From positions 1-64,000 of the forward strand of contig CBDCYI010000004.1 of the NCBI GenBank assembly GCA_965224085.1: a stretch of 64,000 bases of DNA. The letters are read 5' to 3'. The stretch is from Candidatus Marinacidobacterales bacterium. GTDB taxonomy: Bacteria; Acidobacteriota; Vicinamibacteria; Marinacidobacterales; SMYC01. Under the pieces are notes generated by a model, which made no database searches, was not told the origin of the DNA, and saw only the letters and a program-made list of their open reading frames with translations. Made by a program: the position numbers and the translations under genes. The first letter of the stretch is position 1; the number at the start of each line of letters is the position of its first letter. This document shows, one piece after another, positions 40,798 through 51,927 of the stretch.

Positions 40798-41125
40798 TAG
40801 TGCACGACGTATTCGGTTACCGCTGTCCGCAGGTGTCCCTCACTGAGAGGTACGAAGCGGTCGAGACACTCTCGACGTATGGAGAGAACGAATCTTTCCG
40901 CGTATGCGTTCAGATTCGGACTATTGGCGGGAAGGCGGAGGGGCTTCACGCCTGAATCTCTCAAGAGCCCACGTACCGCCTCGGTGAATAGTGGGTCCCG
41001 GTCGTGGATGAGGTACTGCTTGCGAAGGAGCAAACCATCCCACATGTCCGTGAGGTTTCTTGCCACCTGCTTCATCCACTTCCCGTTTGGGTCCGAGGTT
41101 ATCCCACCGATGCATACGCAGCGAG
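40798..41125 (-). pseudogene. Integrase-core (rve) transposase fragment; its C-terminus continues at 38010-38074
   Basis: [32 protein letters not shown]. Confidence 0.8.
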
Positions 41126-41219
41126 TGGCGATTTCGATAAGCTGTTGATTTATCGGCTATTTCAAGAGGGCCGAGTTTTGGCACAGGACTGGGTTCAAAC
41201 TGCAACACGACCTGGCACC

Positions 41220-41894
41220 TTATTTCTTGCGTCCTACTAGGAGAGTGTTCGGGGGTTCCCGCCAGGCACATTCAGCGTGAAATCCGGCTTCGCGCATGGC
41301 GGTGAGCTCGTCGTCGAGCGGGAAGTAGGTGTCTTCGGACGCCCACTCGTCGAAGTGCTCATAAGCGCGCCGTTCGTCGATGCCGCACGAAACCAAGTGG
41401 GCAGCCCATATGCGGTAGCACTGCTCCTGCGTTGCCGGGTGTGCGCTCATGGTCACGTCGGCGTTCACGAACACCCCGCCGGGGCGAAGCGCCCGAAAAA
41501 TACCCTCGTACAAGGCACGCTTGCGTTCCATCGTGGGAACGTGGTGCAAGGCCAGGCAAGCAGACACGGCGTCACATTCCGGGAGCGGAGTTTCGAAGGA
41601 ACACCTCTGGAAACGCGCGCGGGCTCCGAATCGCTTGAGTCGGATACGCACCCGGTCTAGCATCTCTGGATCGACGTCGATGGCCTCGACGGCGCCCACG
41701 CCTTCATGTTCCAGCATCGCCTCGGCCAGAGCCCCCGTTCCCGCACCGAGGTCTAGCACTAGGGTGGGCCGGATGCCGGCGATTTCACGGGCAGCCCGAG
41801 TCAATCCTTCCTCGTAGCCCGGGATGAACCGGCGAATGGTCTCGTCGTAGGAATCGATCTCGAGGCGAAGGTGGCTGCGAACGGAGTGACTCAT
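41220..41894 (-). CDS. Class I SAM-dependent methyltransferase (CmoA-like)
   Basis: VLDLGAGTG motif I; LALHH; LRPGGVFVNAD. Confidence 0.88.
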   Translation of the reverse strand: MSHSVRSHLRLEIDSYDETIRRFIPGYEEGLTRAAREIAGIRPTLVLDLGAGTGALAEAMLEHEGVGAVEAIDVDPEMLDRVRIRLKRFGARARFQRCSFETPLPECDAVSACLALHHVPTMERKRALYEGIFRALRPGGVFVNADVTMSAHPATQEQCYRIWAAHLVSCGIDERRAYEHFDEWASEDTYFPLDDELTAMREAGFHAECAWREPPNTLLVGRKK

Positions 41895-41929
41895 AACTTG
41901 AAGGCCACAGGCTTAAGTCCTACGCTCGC

Positions 41930-42176
41930 GACCCCGCTTTTCAAAAATGACGTTGAAGTTCGAGAGCTCGAATTGTCCCGTGGCCGCCTGGAGAGACTTC
42001 AAAAATTCAAAAAATGGACCACTCGTGTCCTTCTCTCCACACTCGATCCAGTTGTAGAGTGTCTTCTCGGAGATGCCAGCCACCTGAGCAGCGGCCCTAT
42101 TGCTCATGCCAATTCGAACGCAATCGAGAATCTTCTCCTGCCGGTCAGGCGTGAGTTTCGTTTTCCTACCTGCCAT
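41930..42176 (-). pseudogene. HTH protein resembling a phage terminase-small-subunit N-terminus, truncated
   Basis: MAGRKTKLTP...AAAQVAGISEKTLYNW. Confidence 0.45.
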
Positions 42177-42398
42177 GATGATGCTCCAGTAAATCTTTCA
42201 TTTTCAAAACGAACACACGCCTTCGCCTGTTTTCGATCTCCGACCCCGTCCTGTGCCAAAACTCGGCCCAGCCGGCATCGACGAAAGAACTGCGCCTCTC
42301 GAAATCAGGCTAAAACTCTAGCACGCGAACAGGTTACGCGGCGGCCGCCAATACTTGACTGCGGAAGCACCATTTGGACCAGACGCGAGAGAAAGAGG

Positions 42399-43022
42399 TC
42401 AAGATTCTATCTGAATATTGGCGTTGCTCGGGTTACAGCATTCCGAGTCCCGCACACAGCGACAACCGCCGACCGCGAGGAGAGCGCCGAGCACCGGAGC
42501 CGTGAGATAGATCCAGAGAGCTTGGACGTGTCCACTCACCAGCGCGGGTCCGAGGGAGCGCGCAGGATTCATTGACGCACCCGAGACGGGTCCTCCTAAG
42601 AGAGACCCTAGGGCGACGGCTCCACCTACGGCGACTCCTGCCAATAGGCCCTTCTCTTTTGCGCCGGTGGAAACGCCGAGAATCACGAACATCAGAATGG
42701 ATGTGAGGAGCACCTCGAGAACGAAAGACTGCGAAGCCCGACCAGCGGGAATTGTCGCGCCGAGGGTCTGGCTCTCCAGAAACAACGCACGAACGATGAG
42801 GCTGGCAGCGAGGGCACCTGCGGACTGACTAACGACGTAGGGCGCAACCTCACGGCGTGACATTCGCCCCGAGGCCCAGAACCCTAGTGTCACGGCGGGG
42901 TTCAAATGCGCACCGGAAACGTCCCCCACCGAATAGATCATTGCCATGACCACCAGACCGAACGTGAGGGCCACGCCTACGTGGGAAATAACTCCCCCGT
43001 TGAGCGCGTTAATGACGATGGC
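42399..43022 (-). pseudogene. MIP/aquaporin with a Cys-rich tail; first ~20 codons deleted
   Basis: SGAHLNPAVT and GASMNPARSLGP NPA motifs; fused to a truncated IS at 43023. Confidence 0.85.
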
Positions 43023-43737
43023 AGTGATTGATGAAGAGCGTGTGCCTGCGGAGGAAAAGGTCGTTTCGATCTTCGAAGAACACACCGACATTATTCGCAA
43101 AGACCGGCGCGAGACTCTCTACGGTCACAAGGTGTGTTTGACTGGTGGCTCGTCCTCGATGATTTTGGATTGCGTGATCTTGGATGGGAATCCGTCCGAT
43201 TCAACTCTCGCGGAAACCATGATCGACCGTCAAGTCGAACTCTACGAACGGGCCCCGCGCCAGGTTGCCTACGATGGCGCGTTTTCTTCAAAGGCAAACT
43301 TGGAAGCCATCAAAGGCAAGGGAGTTGAAGATGTTGCCTTTACCAAGGCTCACTTCGCGGTGACCGATATGGTCAAGAGTTCCTGGGTCTATCAACGCCT
43401 ACGGCGATTTCGCTGCGGAATCGAAGGCGTCATTTCGTTCTTGAAACGAGTCTTTGGTCTCGACCGATGCACATGGCGCTCATTGCCTTCTTTCAAATCC
43501 TACGTATGGAGTTCCATCATCACCTGCAACCTGTTGGTAATGGCAAGGCACCTATTACGATAATAATGATTACTCTTACTGCGTTTATAGCCATGGATTG
43601 CTGACGATTCGCCTCTCGTTTCGTCCAAGATTTTCATTCGCTTCCGAGCCTACGAGGTGCCGACTGAAAACGTATAATACCCACATCTTCGATAGGCCTC
43701 TCGTACACCACAAGTTATGGTGTTTCTGGACAGGAAC
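43023..43737 (+). mobile_element. IS copy 4, 5'-truncated
   Basis: Identical to the 3' part of the 1684-bp element; followed by TAGTTA. Confidence 0.9.
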
Positions 43738-43743
43738 TAGTTA

Positions 43744-45427
43744 GTACCCGTCCTGGCGGACGTAAGAGGTTGAGAAAAAGGGAGTAATCGCAAATTTAGG
43801 GCTAGTCTTCTGAGGGGTTGTCGCTTAGAATCGAAGTCGTCAAAAACAAGAGTCTAAACGACTTAACTCCAAAGGAGACCAGCCCTAAATGCGAAAAACA
43901 ATCATTCCACAACCAAGCCTATGCGAGCCCTGGCTGGAGCTGGAGCACGCACGCGAACTCGAAGCGATCTCGTCGGTGCTCGATGCCCATCCTAAGCTCA
44001 ATGAGCTGGTACTGCAAGACCTGAGGTCGGTCACCCCATCGGCAGGGAGCGATGTTGGTCGTGGGGGAATGAGCGCGGAGCAGGTTCTCCGGGCGTTGTT
44101 GGTCAAGCAGCTGAATCAGTTCACCTATCGGGAGCTGGCGTTTCACTTGGCAGACTCTCGAAGCTATCGGACGTTTTGCCAGTTCGGCATCATAGAGCCG
44201 AGCCCGTCGAAGTCGACCCTAGCAGCAAACATCAAAGCCGTGAAGTTCGAAACGCTGGAGAAAATCAACCGAGAGTTGGTGAGTGTTGCCGAGAAGACCG
44301 CGATCGAAAAAGGAAGAAAAGTACGAGTGGACTGCACGGTAGTGGAGTCGAATATTCATTCTCCTACGGACTCCGAGCTTCTTTATGACTGCGTCCGAGT
44401 TCTCACTCGCCTCATGTGCCGAACTCGCGAACTGCTGGGTACAGTAGTGGTCTTCGGCAATCGAACGCGTCGAGCGAAGAGACGTCGACTGGGAGTTCTA
44501 AACGCGAAGGATAAGGAACAAAGGCGTCGCGTCTATCGAGATCTACTGAAGGTGTCGGAAGAAACCTATCGCTCCGCTCAACGCGTTGCAGACCAGTTGG
44601 ACGAGTCCGGCTTGACCGAGCCGGTGAAGCGAGCGAGTGCGGAGAAGATCGCCGCGGATTTTAAGCACTTTCTCGTCCTCACCGAAAAAGTCATCAACCA
44701 AACTCGGCGTAGAGTGATTGATGAAGAGCGTGTGCCTGCGGAGGAAAAGGTCGTTTCGATCTTCGAAGAACACACCGACATTATTCGCAAAGACCGGCGC
44801 GAGACTCTCTACGGTCACAAGGTGTGTTTGACTGGTGGCTCGTCCTCGATGATTTTGGATTGCGTGATCTTGGATGGGAATCCGTCCGATTCAACTCTCG
44901 CGGAAACCATGATCGACCGTCAAGTCGAACTCTACGAACGGGCCCCGCGCCAGGTTGCCTACGATGGCGCGTTTTCTTCAAAGGCAAACTTGGAAGCCAT
45001 CAAAGGCAAGGGAGTTGAAGATGTTGCCTTTACCAAGGCTCACTTCGCGGTGACCGATATGGTCAAGAGTTCCTGGGTCTATCAACGCCTACGGCGATTT
45101 CGCTGCGGAATCGAAGGCGTCATTTCGTTCTTGAAACGAGTCTTTGGTCTCGACCGATGCACATGGCGCTCATTGCCTTCTTTCAAATCCTACGTATGGA
45201 GTTCCATCATCACCTGCAACCTGTTGGTAATGGCAAGGCACCTATTACGATAATAATGATTACTCTTACTGCGTTTATAGCCATGGATTGCTGACGATTC
45301 GCCTCTCGTTTCGTCCAAGATTTTCATTCGCTTCCGAGCCTACGAGGTGCCGACTGAAAACGTATAATACCCACATCTTCGATAGGCCTCTCGTACACCA
45401 CAAGTTATGGTGTTTCTGGACAGGAAC
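43744..45427 (+). mobile_element. IS copy 5 (1684 bp)
   Basis: TAGTTA on both sides. Confidence 0.95.
43889..45253 (+). CDS. DDE transposase, 454 aa
   Basis: Near-identical to the other copies. Confidence 0.9.
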   Translation: MRKTIIPQPSLCEPWLELEHARELEAISSVLDAHPKLNELVLQDLRSVTPSAGSDVGRGGMSAEQVLRALLVKQLNQFTYRELAFHLADSRSYRTFCQFGIIEPSPSKSTLAANIKAVKFETLEKINRELVSVAEKTAIEKGRKVRVDCTVVESNIHSPTDSELLYDCVRVLTRLMCRTRELLGTVVVFGNRTRRAKRRRLGVLNAKDKEQRRRVYRDLLKVSEETYRSAQRVADQLDESGLTEPVKRASAEKIAADFKHFLVLTEKVINQTRRRVIDEERVPAEEKVVSIFEEHTDIIRKDRRETLYGHKVCLTGGSSSMILDCVILDGNPSDSTLAETMIDRQVELYERAPRQVAYDGAFSSKANLEAIKGKGVEDVAFTKAHFAVTDMVKSSWVYQRLRRFRCGIEGVISFLKRVFGLDRCTWRSLPSFKSYVWSSIITCNLLVMARHLLR

Positions 45428-45430
45428 TAG

Positions 45431-46650
45431 TTAAGCTGGCGAAGTCATCATCCGTCGTTCGAACTCGGCCGGACTGACCTGGCCGAGGGTCGAGTGTCGT
45501 CGTCTCTGGTTGTAGAATACCTCGATGAAGTCGAAGAGGGCCATCTTGGCCTCGCCGCAACTGAGGAAATGCTCCCCAAGCTCGTGCTTGACCGTGGAGA
45601 ACCAGCTTTCGATGACGGCGTTGTCGTTGCAGTTGCCCCGTCGGCTCATGCTCCCGGTCATGCCATGCGTCTCAAGGAGACGTTGGTAGTCTTTGCTGGC
45701 ATACGGACTACCCTGATCGGAGTGATGCAAGAGCCCCGCGGCCAGTTGGCGACGTTTCAGTGCCATCCGCAACGCCTTGATAACCAGGTGACGGTCGTTA
45801 ATAGCACTTACGGCCCACCCAACGAGGAATCGCGAGTAGAGGTCGAGGAGCGCCGCGAGATAAAGCTTCCCGCCGCTGCCGATCACGAACTCGGTCGTGT
45901 CCCCGACCCACCGTTGGTTCGGCGCATCGGCGACGAAGTCTTGCCCGAGCACATTGGCCGCGTCGGGCTGGTCATGACCGCTTACCGTCGTGCGCTTGAA
46001 GCGTTTGCGTACTCGAGCAATGAGGCCTTCTGCCTGTTTCAACCGAATCACCCGCTTCCGACTCACTCGATACCCCTGCTCGTGCAGGTCGTGATGAATC
46101 CGCGGACTCCCATAGGTGCGGCGACTCGCCTCATGGGAGGCACGAATCAACACGCGCAACTGGCGGTCCCGGCGCGCGTGGGCCGACGGCGGCCGACGTA
46201 CCCAGGCATAAAAGCCACTCCGAGAGACGTTGAGAATCTGACACAGGTGAGCGACCGGTACGGTGGCCTTCTCCGCCTGGATGAACGCGAATCTTACTCG
46301 CTCTCCTTCGCGAAGAAGGCCGCGGCTTTTTTTAACACGTCGCGCTCCACCCGCAACCGCCGATTCTCTTTGCGGAGCCGCCGAAGCTCCTCGCGTTCCA
46401 CACCCGTCAAGCCCGTCCGGCCCTTCGTCCGATCGGCCCGGGCCTGACGGACCCAGTTGCGAAACGCCGATTCGGTGAGGTCAAGCTCCCGGGCCACCCG
46501 ACCCACGCTCTGGCCCTCATCAAGCACCAGCCGGACCGCGCCTGCCTTAAACTCGTCATCAAACTCCCGGCGGGGTCGCGGGGGCTGCGTTGTCTTTGCC
46601 ATTGTGGACATCGTATCCGCCTTTCAGAAAGTGTCCACGAAACTGGATCA
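45431..46650 (-). mobile_element. IS3 family element (orfA 46294-46602, orfB ending at 45431); right IR lost
   Basis: Left end TGATCCAGTTTCGTGGACAC; orfA RREFDDEFKAGAVRL...LKKAAAFF with an A7 run; orfB WVGDTT, HHSDQGSPY, DNAVIESWF. Confidence 0.9.
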
Positions 46651-46740
46651 AGCCCAATGTATGAGAAGCTGAGTAGAAACCCTTGCCCGAGGCAAAACGG
46701 TTTCGTGCATCATCCCCTGCCTCAGATCTATTGTACTCCA

Positions 46741-47460
46741 TTACTTTGCGCGGTCTTCCTGAGATTGCGAATCGCCATCGTCGACCTCTGGCTCAGCAGC
46801 CTCTGGCTCAGCAGCCTCTAGCTCAGCAACCTCCGGCTCAGCAGCCTCTGGCTCAGCAGCCTCTAGCTCAGCAACCTCCGGCTCAGCAGCCTCTGGCTCA
46901 GCAGCCTCCGGCTCAGCAGCCTCTGGCTCAGCAACCTCTGGCTCAGCAGCCTCTAGCTCAGTAACCTCCGGCTCAGCAGCCTCTGGCTCAGCAGCCTCCG
47001 GCTCAGCAGCCTCTGGCTCAGCAACCTCCGGCTCAGCAGGAGCGGAGCGTTCCTCGTTGGCCGTCATTTGGATCGCCCCCTTGAAGATGGCTCCTTCGGC
47101 AACCGCGATGCGTGGGGCGCAGAGATTCCCGAACACCTTTCCTGTGAGGGTGATCTCAACTTTGTCGCTTGCCGTGCAGTCGCCCTCTAGCTTGCCACGT
47201 ATCGAGACGTTGGCCGCCTCGATCTTCGCTTTCACTCGACCGGCTTCGCCGATTACAACCATTCCGCTGCTCTTGATCTTGCCTTCCACCCGCCCTTCGA
47301 TCTGGAGCACCTCGCTGCTGTTCAACTCGCCGCTGATGATCGTTTTCGCCCCGATCAACGTTTGCGGCGCGACCGATGGTGATTCGTCCCGTGCCGGAAC
47401 ACCGTGGGGACCGGTCGCGAGGTTGAGTTTTTGCGGTTTCGATTTTCCAAACAATCCCAC
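46741..47460 (-). CDS. Bactofilin (polymer-forming cytoskeletal protein) with an acidic EPEAA-repeat tail
   Basis: [13 protein letters not shown]....[11 protein letters not shown]...[21 protein letters not shown] beta-helix; AGGAGG RBS; about 17 repeats. Confidence 0.88.
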   Translation of the reverse strand: MGLFGKSKPQKLNLATGPHGVPARDESPSVAPQTLIGAKTIISGELNSSEVLQIEGRVEGKIKSSGMVVIGEAGRVKAKIEAANVSIRGKLEGDCTASDKVEITLTGKVFGNLCAPRIAVAEGAIFKGAIQMTANEERSAPAEPEVAEPEAAEPEAAEPEAAEPEVTELEAAEPEVAEPEAAEPEAAEPEAAEPEVAELEAAEPEAAEPEVAELEAAEPEAAEPEVDDGDSQSQEDRAK

Positions 47461-47568
47461 GTTACCTCCTGGAGTTGGCGCTCACACTGCAGCGTTCAAG
47501 AAGAAAGAAGGGCTAGATCGCCGCAGCGATGAAGGTCGTCCTCTTCTCTCATACCTCATCATTAATTA

Positions 47569-49252
47569 GTTCCTGTCCAGAAACACCATAACTTGTGGTG
47601 TACGAGAGGCCTATCGAAGATGTGGGTATTATACGTTTTCAGTCGGCACCTCGTAGGCTCGGAAGCGAATGAAAATCTTGGACGAAACGAGAGGCGAATC
47701 GTCAGCAATCCATGGCTATAAACGCAGTAAGAGCAATCATTATTATCGTAATAGGTGCCTTGCCATTACCAACAGGTTGCAGGTGATGATGGAACTCCAT
47801 ACGTAGGATTTGAAAGAAGGCAATGAGCGCCATGTGCATCGGTCGAGACCAAAGACTCGTTTCAAGAACGAAATGACGCCTTCGATTCCGCAGCGAAATC
47901 GCCGTAGGCGTTGATAGACCCAGGAACTCTTGACCATATCGGTCACCGCGAAGTGAGCCTTGGTAAAGGCAACATCTTCAACTCCCTTGCCTTTGATGGC
48001 TTCCAAGTTTGCCTTTGAAGAAAACGCGCCATCGTAGGCAACCTGGCGCGGGGCCCGTTCGTAGAGTTCGACTTGACGGTCGATCATGGTTTCCGCGAGA
48101 GTTGAATCGGACGGATTCCCATCCAAGATCACGCAATCCAAAATCATCGAGGACGAGCCACCAGTCAAACACACCTTGTGACCGTAGAGAGTCTCGCGCC
48201 GGTCTTTGCGAATAATGTCGGTGTGTTCTTCGAAGATCGAAACGACCTTTTCCTCCGCAGGCACACGCTCTTCATCAATCACTCTACGCCGAGTTTGGTT
48301 GATGACTTTTTCGGTGAGGACGAGAAAGTGCTTAAAATCCGCGGCGATCTTCTCCGCACTCGCTCGCTTCACCGGCTCGGTCAAGCCGGACTCGTCCAAC
48401 TGGTCTGCAACGCGTTGAGCGGAGCGATAGGTTTCTTCCGACACCTTCAGTAGATCTCGATAGACGCGACGCCTTTGTTCCTTATCCTTCGCGTTTAGAA
48501 CTCCCAGTCGACGTCTCTTCGCTCGACGCGTTCGATTGCCGAAGACCACTACTGTACCCAGCAGTTCGCGAGTTCGGCACATGAGGCGAGTGAGAACTCG
48601 GACGCAGTCATAAAGAAGCTCGGAGTCCGTAGGAGAATGAATATTCGACTCCACTACCGTGCAGTCCACTCGTACTTTTCTTCCTTTTTCGATCGCGGTC
48701 TTCTCGGCAACACTCACCAACTCTCGGTTGATTTTCTCCAGCGTTTCGAACTTCACGGCTTTGATGTTTGCTGCTAGGGTCGACTTCGACGGGCTCGGCT
48801 CTATGATGCCGAGCTGGCAAAACGTCCGATAGCTTCGAGAGTCTGCCAAGTGAAACGCCAGCTCCCGATAGGTGAACTGATTCAGCTGCTTGACCAACAA
48901 CGCCCGGAGAACCTGCTCCGCGCTCATTCCCCCACGACCAACATCGCTCCCTGCCGATGGGGTGACCGACCTCAGGTCTTGCAGTACCAGCTCATTGAGC
49001 TTAGGATGGGCATCGAGCACCGACGAGATCGTTTCGAGCTCGCGCGCGTGCTCCACCTCCAGCCAGGGCTCGCATAGGCTTGGTTGTGGAATGATTGTTT
49101 TTCGCATTTAGGGCTGGTCTCCTTTGGAGTTAAGTCGTTTAGACTCTTGTTTTTGACGACTTCGATTCTAAGCGACAACCCCTCAGAAGACTAGCCCTAA
49201 ATTTGCGATTACTCCCTTTTTCTCAACCTCTTACGTCCGCCAGGACGGGTAC
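47569..49252 (-). mobile_element. IS copy 6 (1684 bp)
   Basis: TAATTA on both sides (47563-47568, 49253-49258). Confidence 0.95.
47743..49107 (-). CDS. DDE transposase, 454 aa
   Basis: Near-identical to the other copies. Confidence 0.9.
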   Translation of the reverse strand: MRKTIIPQPSLCEPWLEVEHARELETISSVLDAHPKLNELVLQDLRSVTPSAGSDVGRGGMSAEQVLRALLVKQLNQFTYRELAFHLADSRSYRTFCQLGIIEPSPSKSTLAANIKAVKFETLEKINRELVSVAEKTAIEKGRKVRVDCTVVESNIHSPTDSELLYDCVRVLTRLMCRTRELLGTVVVFGNRTRRAKRRRLGVLNAKDKEQRRRVYRDLLKVSEETYRSAQRVADQLDESGLTEPVKRASAEKIAADFKHFLVLTEKVINQTRRRVIDEERVPAEEKVVSIFEEHTDIIRKDRRETLYGHKVCLTGGSSSMILDCVILDGNPSDSTLAETMIDRQVELYERAPRQVAYDGAFSSKANLEAIKGKGVEDVAFTKAHFAVTDMVKSSWVYQRLRRFRCGIEGVISFLKRVFGLDRCTWRSLPSFKSYVWSSIITCNLLVMARHLLR

Positions 49253-49318
49253 TAATTAGATACGGCGTTAGGCATCTAGGCCTAGGCCCCACCGTTCACC
49301 GCTCGCAGACAAGCCCGT

Positions 49319-49412
49319 TGTGATCCGCAAGAAAGAAGATTGGCCAGAAGCAGCCGAACATAGCAGGTCTAGAACGCGCAATCAACGCTGGATCGATTTC
49401 TTGCGGAGCACA
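49319..49412. mobile_element. 94-bp MITE (TGTGATCCGCAA...TTGCGGAGCACA)
   Basis: Terminal IRs; copies at 50286-50379 and 63842-63935 plus many half copies. Confidence 0.8.
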
Positions 49413-49513
49413 ACAGGTCGGTTAGCCCTATTCTGCTCAATACCTTTCGGTGCGGCCGCCAACACTTGATTGCGGAAGCGCCCGAGACTCGTTCCATTTC
49501 ATAATGCATATAT

Positions 49514-50152
49514 TTATACGACGGATGCGAAGTGTTGACTCCATGGCGAAGCGAGAAAGTCTTTGCGGCGCCCGGTCAACCGTTCAGCATGCTCCGGCGC
49601 GGGAATTACGAAGTACGCGCGTGAGGTGCCGCGCCGGTACCGAAGTGCGAACGCGGCAGTGGCGTCCTCGAAGCGCTCGCGCAGCGTGGCGAGCCGAGCG
49701 GTTATCTGTTTCTCCGCAGTTCCCTTACGTCCGATGTGCTGGTAGACAACAAGGCTTTGTCCTCGACTCCAGCATGGGCGCAGATCATCGTAGTAGGCGT
49801 ATTTCGGTCCCTTCAATGACAATCGACCAACGTTGGGGATCTCGAAGCCATTGTCGGGATCGACGAACACGACCTCCGCATCGGCAACCCGCGCAAGCCC
49901 TTCCTCAAGCCAGTCACGACGCTTGTCACACCTTTCACGTGGGCGCTCTGCCCGGCAGAAGATTAGCTCTTTCCTGAAGAAGACGGTGCCAGTGGGTAGT
50001 GCCCCGCTTACCTCCACTGCCTCGACCGACCGCTCGTTGCGAACGATCGACTGCATCTGTTCAAAGAGATCCGGATCGCACTTGCGAAACTGCACAGCGC
50101 GCGGCGACTTAAGAGCGACAAAAGCCTCTTCGGTCGTAGAGGTGTTCGGCAA
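49514..50152 (-). CDS. Hypothetical protein (VFVDPDNG motif, methyltransferase-like), probably 5'-truncated
   Basis: ORF with VVFVDPDNG and SLVVYQH; no clear RBS. Confidence 0.5.
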   Translation of the reverse strand: MPNTSTTEEAFVALKSPRAVQFRKCDPDLFEQMQSIVRNERSVEAVEVSGALPTGTVFFRKELIFCRAERPRERCDKRRDWLEEGLARVADAEVVFVDPDNGFEIPNVGRLSLKGPKYAYYDDLRPCWSRGQSLVVYQHIGRKGTAEKQITARLATLRERFEDATAAFALRYRRGTSRAYFVIPAPEHAERLTGRRKDFLASPWSQHFASVV

Positions 50153-50285
50153 ACCGCTTGCGGGCAGTTGAGTTTGATTTTGCTGAGGAACGGACGGTAG
50201 CAGCCTTCTTCAAAGTCGCGTCGGGGCGGCTGTGCCTTCCATTTATTCATCCGCGCGCCCCGAACTTGATTAGTCTACGGGCACC

Positions 50286-50379
50286 TGTGATCCGCAAAAA
50301 AGAAAACCGGCCAGAAGCAGTCGACCATGTCAGGTCTAAAACGCGCAATCAACACCGGATCGATTTTTTGCGGAGCACA
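50286..50379. mobile_element. 94-bp MITE copy
   Basis: Same IRs and core AGGTCTAAAACGCGCAATCAAC. Confidence 0.8.
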
Positions 50380-50530
50380 ACTAAGCTGCTGATTTATGGT
50401 CTATTTCAAAAGGGTCGAGTTTTGGCACAGGGCGGGTTCAAACCTGAGTTAGAATCGGAACCGAGATAATGGCCGTGAAGAGGAGCGATCATAAAACGAA
50501 CCCGTTTCACGGAGGAGCAGATCTCGCACC

Positions 50531-51025
50531 GTGAGCTTGTTAGCGGTCGTACTCGTTGCTTTTGGTTTGGGTTTTGACGCCCCGGCGGAGTGGGTGTCGA
50601 AGCAGTCGTCTTCTTCGATGCGCGTCGCCGTTTGGGAGCTCACCGGCGACGACGCTCCTGCCGAAGTCGTGATCTTTTATTTTGGTGAGGGGTCTGGAGG
50701 CGGTGTCGAAGCCAACCTCGCGCGTTGGTTCGGCCAGTTCGAGCAACCGGACAGGTCGAGCACGCGCGACAGAGCGACCATCACCGAGCGCACCGTGAAC
50801 GGACTCAAGCTCACTGTCGCAGACATGCACGGGACGTTCGTTGCTCCGGTAAGGCCGGGAGCGCCGCGACGCAACAACAACAACCGTCCTGGATACCGGA
50901 TGATCGCTACCATTGCTGAAGGAGGCACGGGGCCGTGGTACATCCGCGTGCTCGGCCCCGAAGCGACGATGGCGAAATGGGAAGCGAGCATCGAGGATTT
51001 TCTCTCGTCGCTCCGCCTCGAATAG
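50531..51025 (+). CDS. Exported hypothetical protein
   Basis: GAGGAG RBS; hydrophobic N-terminus; YFG...GGGVEANLARWFGQF. Confidence 0.65.
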   Translation: MSLLAVVLVAFGLGFDAPAEWVSKQSSSSMRVAVWELTGDDAPAEVVIFYFGEGSGGGVEANLARWFGQFEQPDRSSTRDRATITERTVNGLKLTVADMHGTFVAPVRPGAPRRNNNNRPGYRMIATIAEGGTGPWYIRVLGPEATMAKWEASIEDFLSSLRLE

Positions 51026-51116
51026 ACGTTAAGGCGAGCGGTCCAAAGAACCCTCCGGAAAAAGTGGTTGTGCTCCGCAAAAAGTCTATCCAGTGTTGAT
51101 TGCGCGTTTTAGACCT

Positions 51117-51848
51117 CGTCGCCTGGGATGGATGCAGGATTTGATCGTGGAGTCCAAGTTGTACTTCGCGAAGCCGAGCAGTTTCAATGACCCGTTAGAC
51201 TGCCGGATTCCGCCTAGCTACGATGCCTCCGCTCTTGTGATAGAGCAGTACTGGCGTGGCTTCGTAAAGCAGAACCACCCGCAAGATAAGCTTCGCAACC
51301 ACCGGAAGGCCATCCGGCGGATGATTCGAGCTTCCAAGACCCCGGTCGGGCAAGCTCGCTTGAAGAAGGGGTTTTTCGAGTCGGTGGATCAGAACGGGAT
51401 CGCCTGTTTTGCGAAAGATGCCACGAACATGTTGTTGTGGTCGTACTACGCCGAGGGCCATAGTGGCATCGCCGTGAGGTTCAGGTTCGCGCCGGAGAAC
51501 CTATTACAGATGCAGAGGCTCCTCATCCCCCTTGAGGTCCAATACCAAACGCACTTCCCTGACATCAACTTCTATAGCGATACCAATCACTATTTGCTTA
51601 GAACTGTCCTGGGTACGAAAGCAGTAGCCTGGGCACATGAGCAGGAATGGCGATTGGTCTTGGTGGGATACCAAGGGTTGTTGCGTCTGCCGCTCAAGAT
51701 GATCGACGGTGTCATCATGGGCATGCGAATCGATCCAGACGATGAGCGTAGTCTGCGAGAGTGGATCGAAAAACGAGAGTCGAAGATCGAGCTGCTCCGT
51801 GTCTCGAATCGGCCCAGAAACTTCGAACTCAAAATTGTACCCGCCTAA
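51117..51848 (+). CDS. DUF2971 domain protein; 5' end abuts a MITE half
   Basis: LYFAKPSSFNDPLDC, LLWSYYAEGHSG, K...WAHEQEWR. Confidence 0.8.
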   Translation, partial: RRLGWMQDLIVESKLYFAKPSSFNDPLDCRIPPSYDASALVIEQYWRGFVKQNHPQDKLRNHRKAIRRMIRASKTPVGQARLKKGFFESVDQNGIACFAKDATNMLLWSYYAEGHSGIAVRFRFAPENLLQMQRLLIPLEVQYQTHFPDINFYSDTNHYLLRTVLGTKAVAWAHEQEWRLVLVGYQGLLRLPLKMIDGVIMGMRIDPDDERSLREWIEKRESKIELLRVSNRPRNFELKIVPA

Positions 51849-51927
51849 CCTGCCAGGTCTAAATGGTTGAAAGGGCGGCACGTAAACCGCTCGTCCCTTA
51901 TTTCCGCGGTCCGCACACCCCTAGCGT

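Larger units (their letters stand above)
38070..40802 (+). mobile_element. Large serine recombinase element (orfA-orfB-LSR) flanked by TAGTG direct repeats
   Basis: TAGTG at 38070-38074 and 40798-40802; removal restores EYVVHYHAERNHQGLGN of an rve gene on the minus strand. Confidence 0.85.

Noticed and set aside
42399-43563. Aquaporin-transposase fusion ORFs on both strands
   Set aside because: Products of the deletion junction at 43022/43023; the starts lie in antisense sequence
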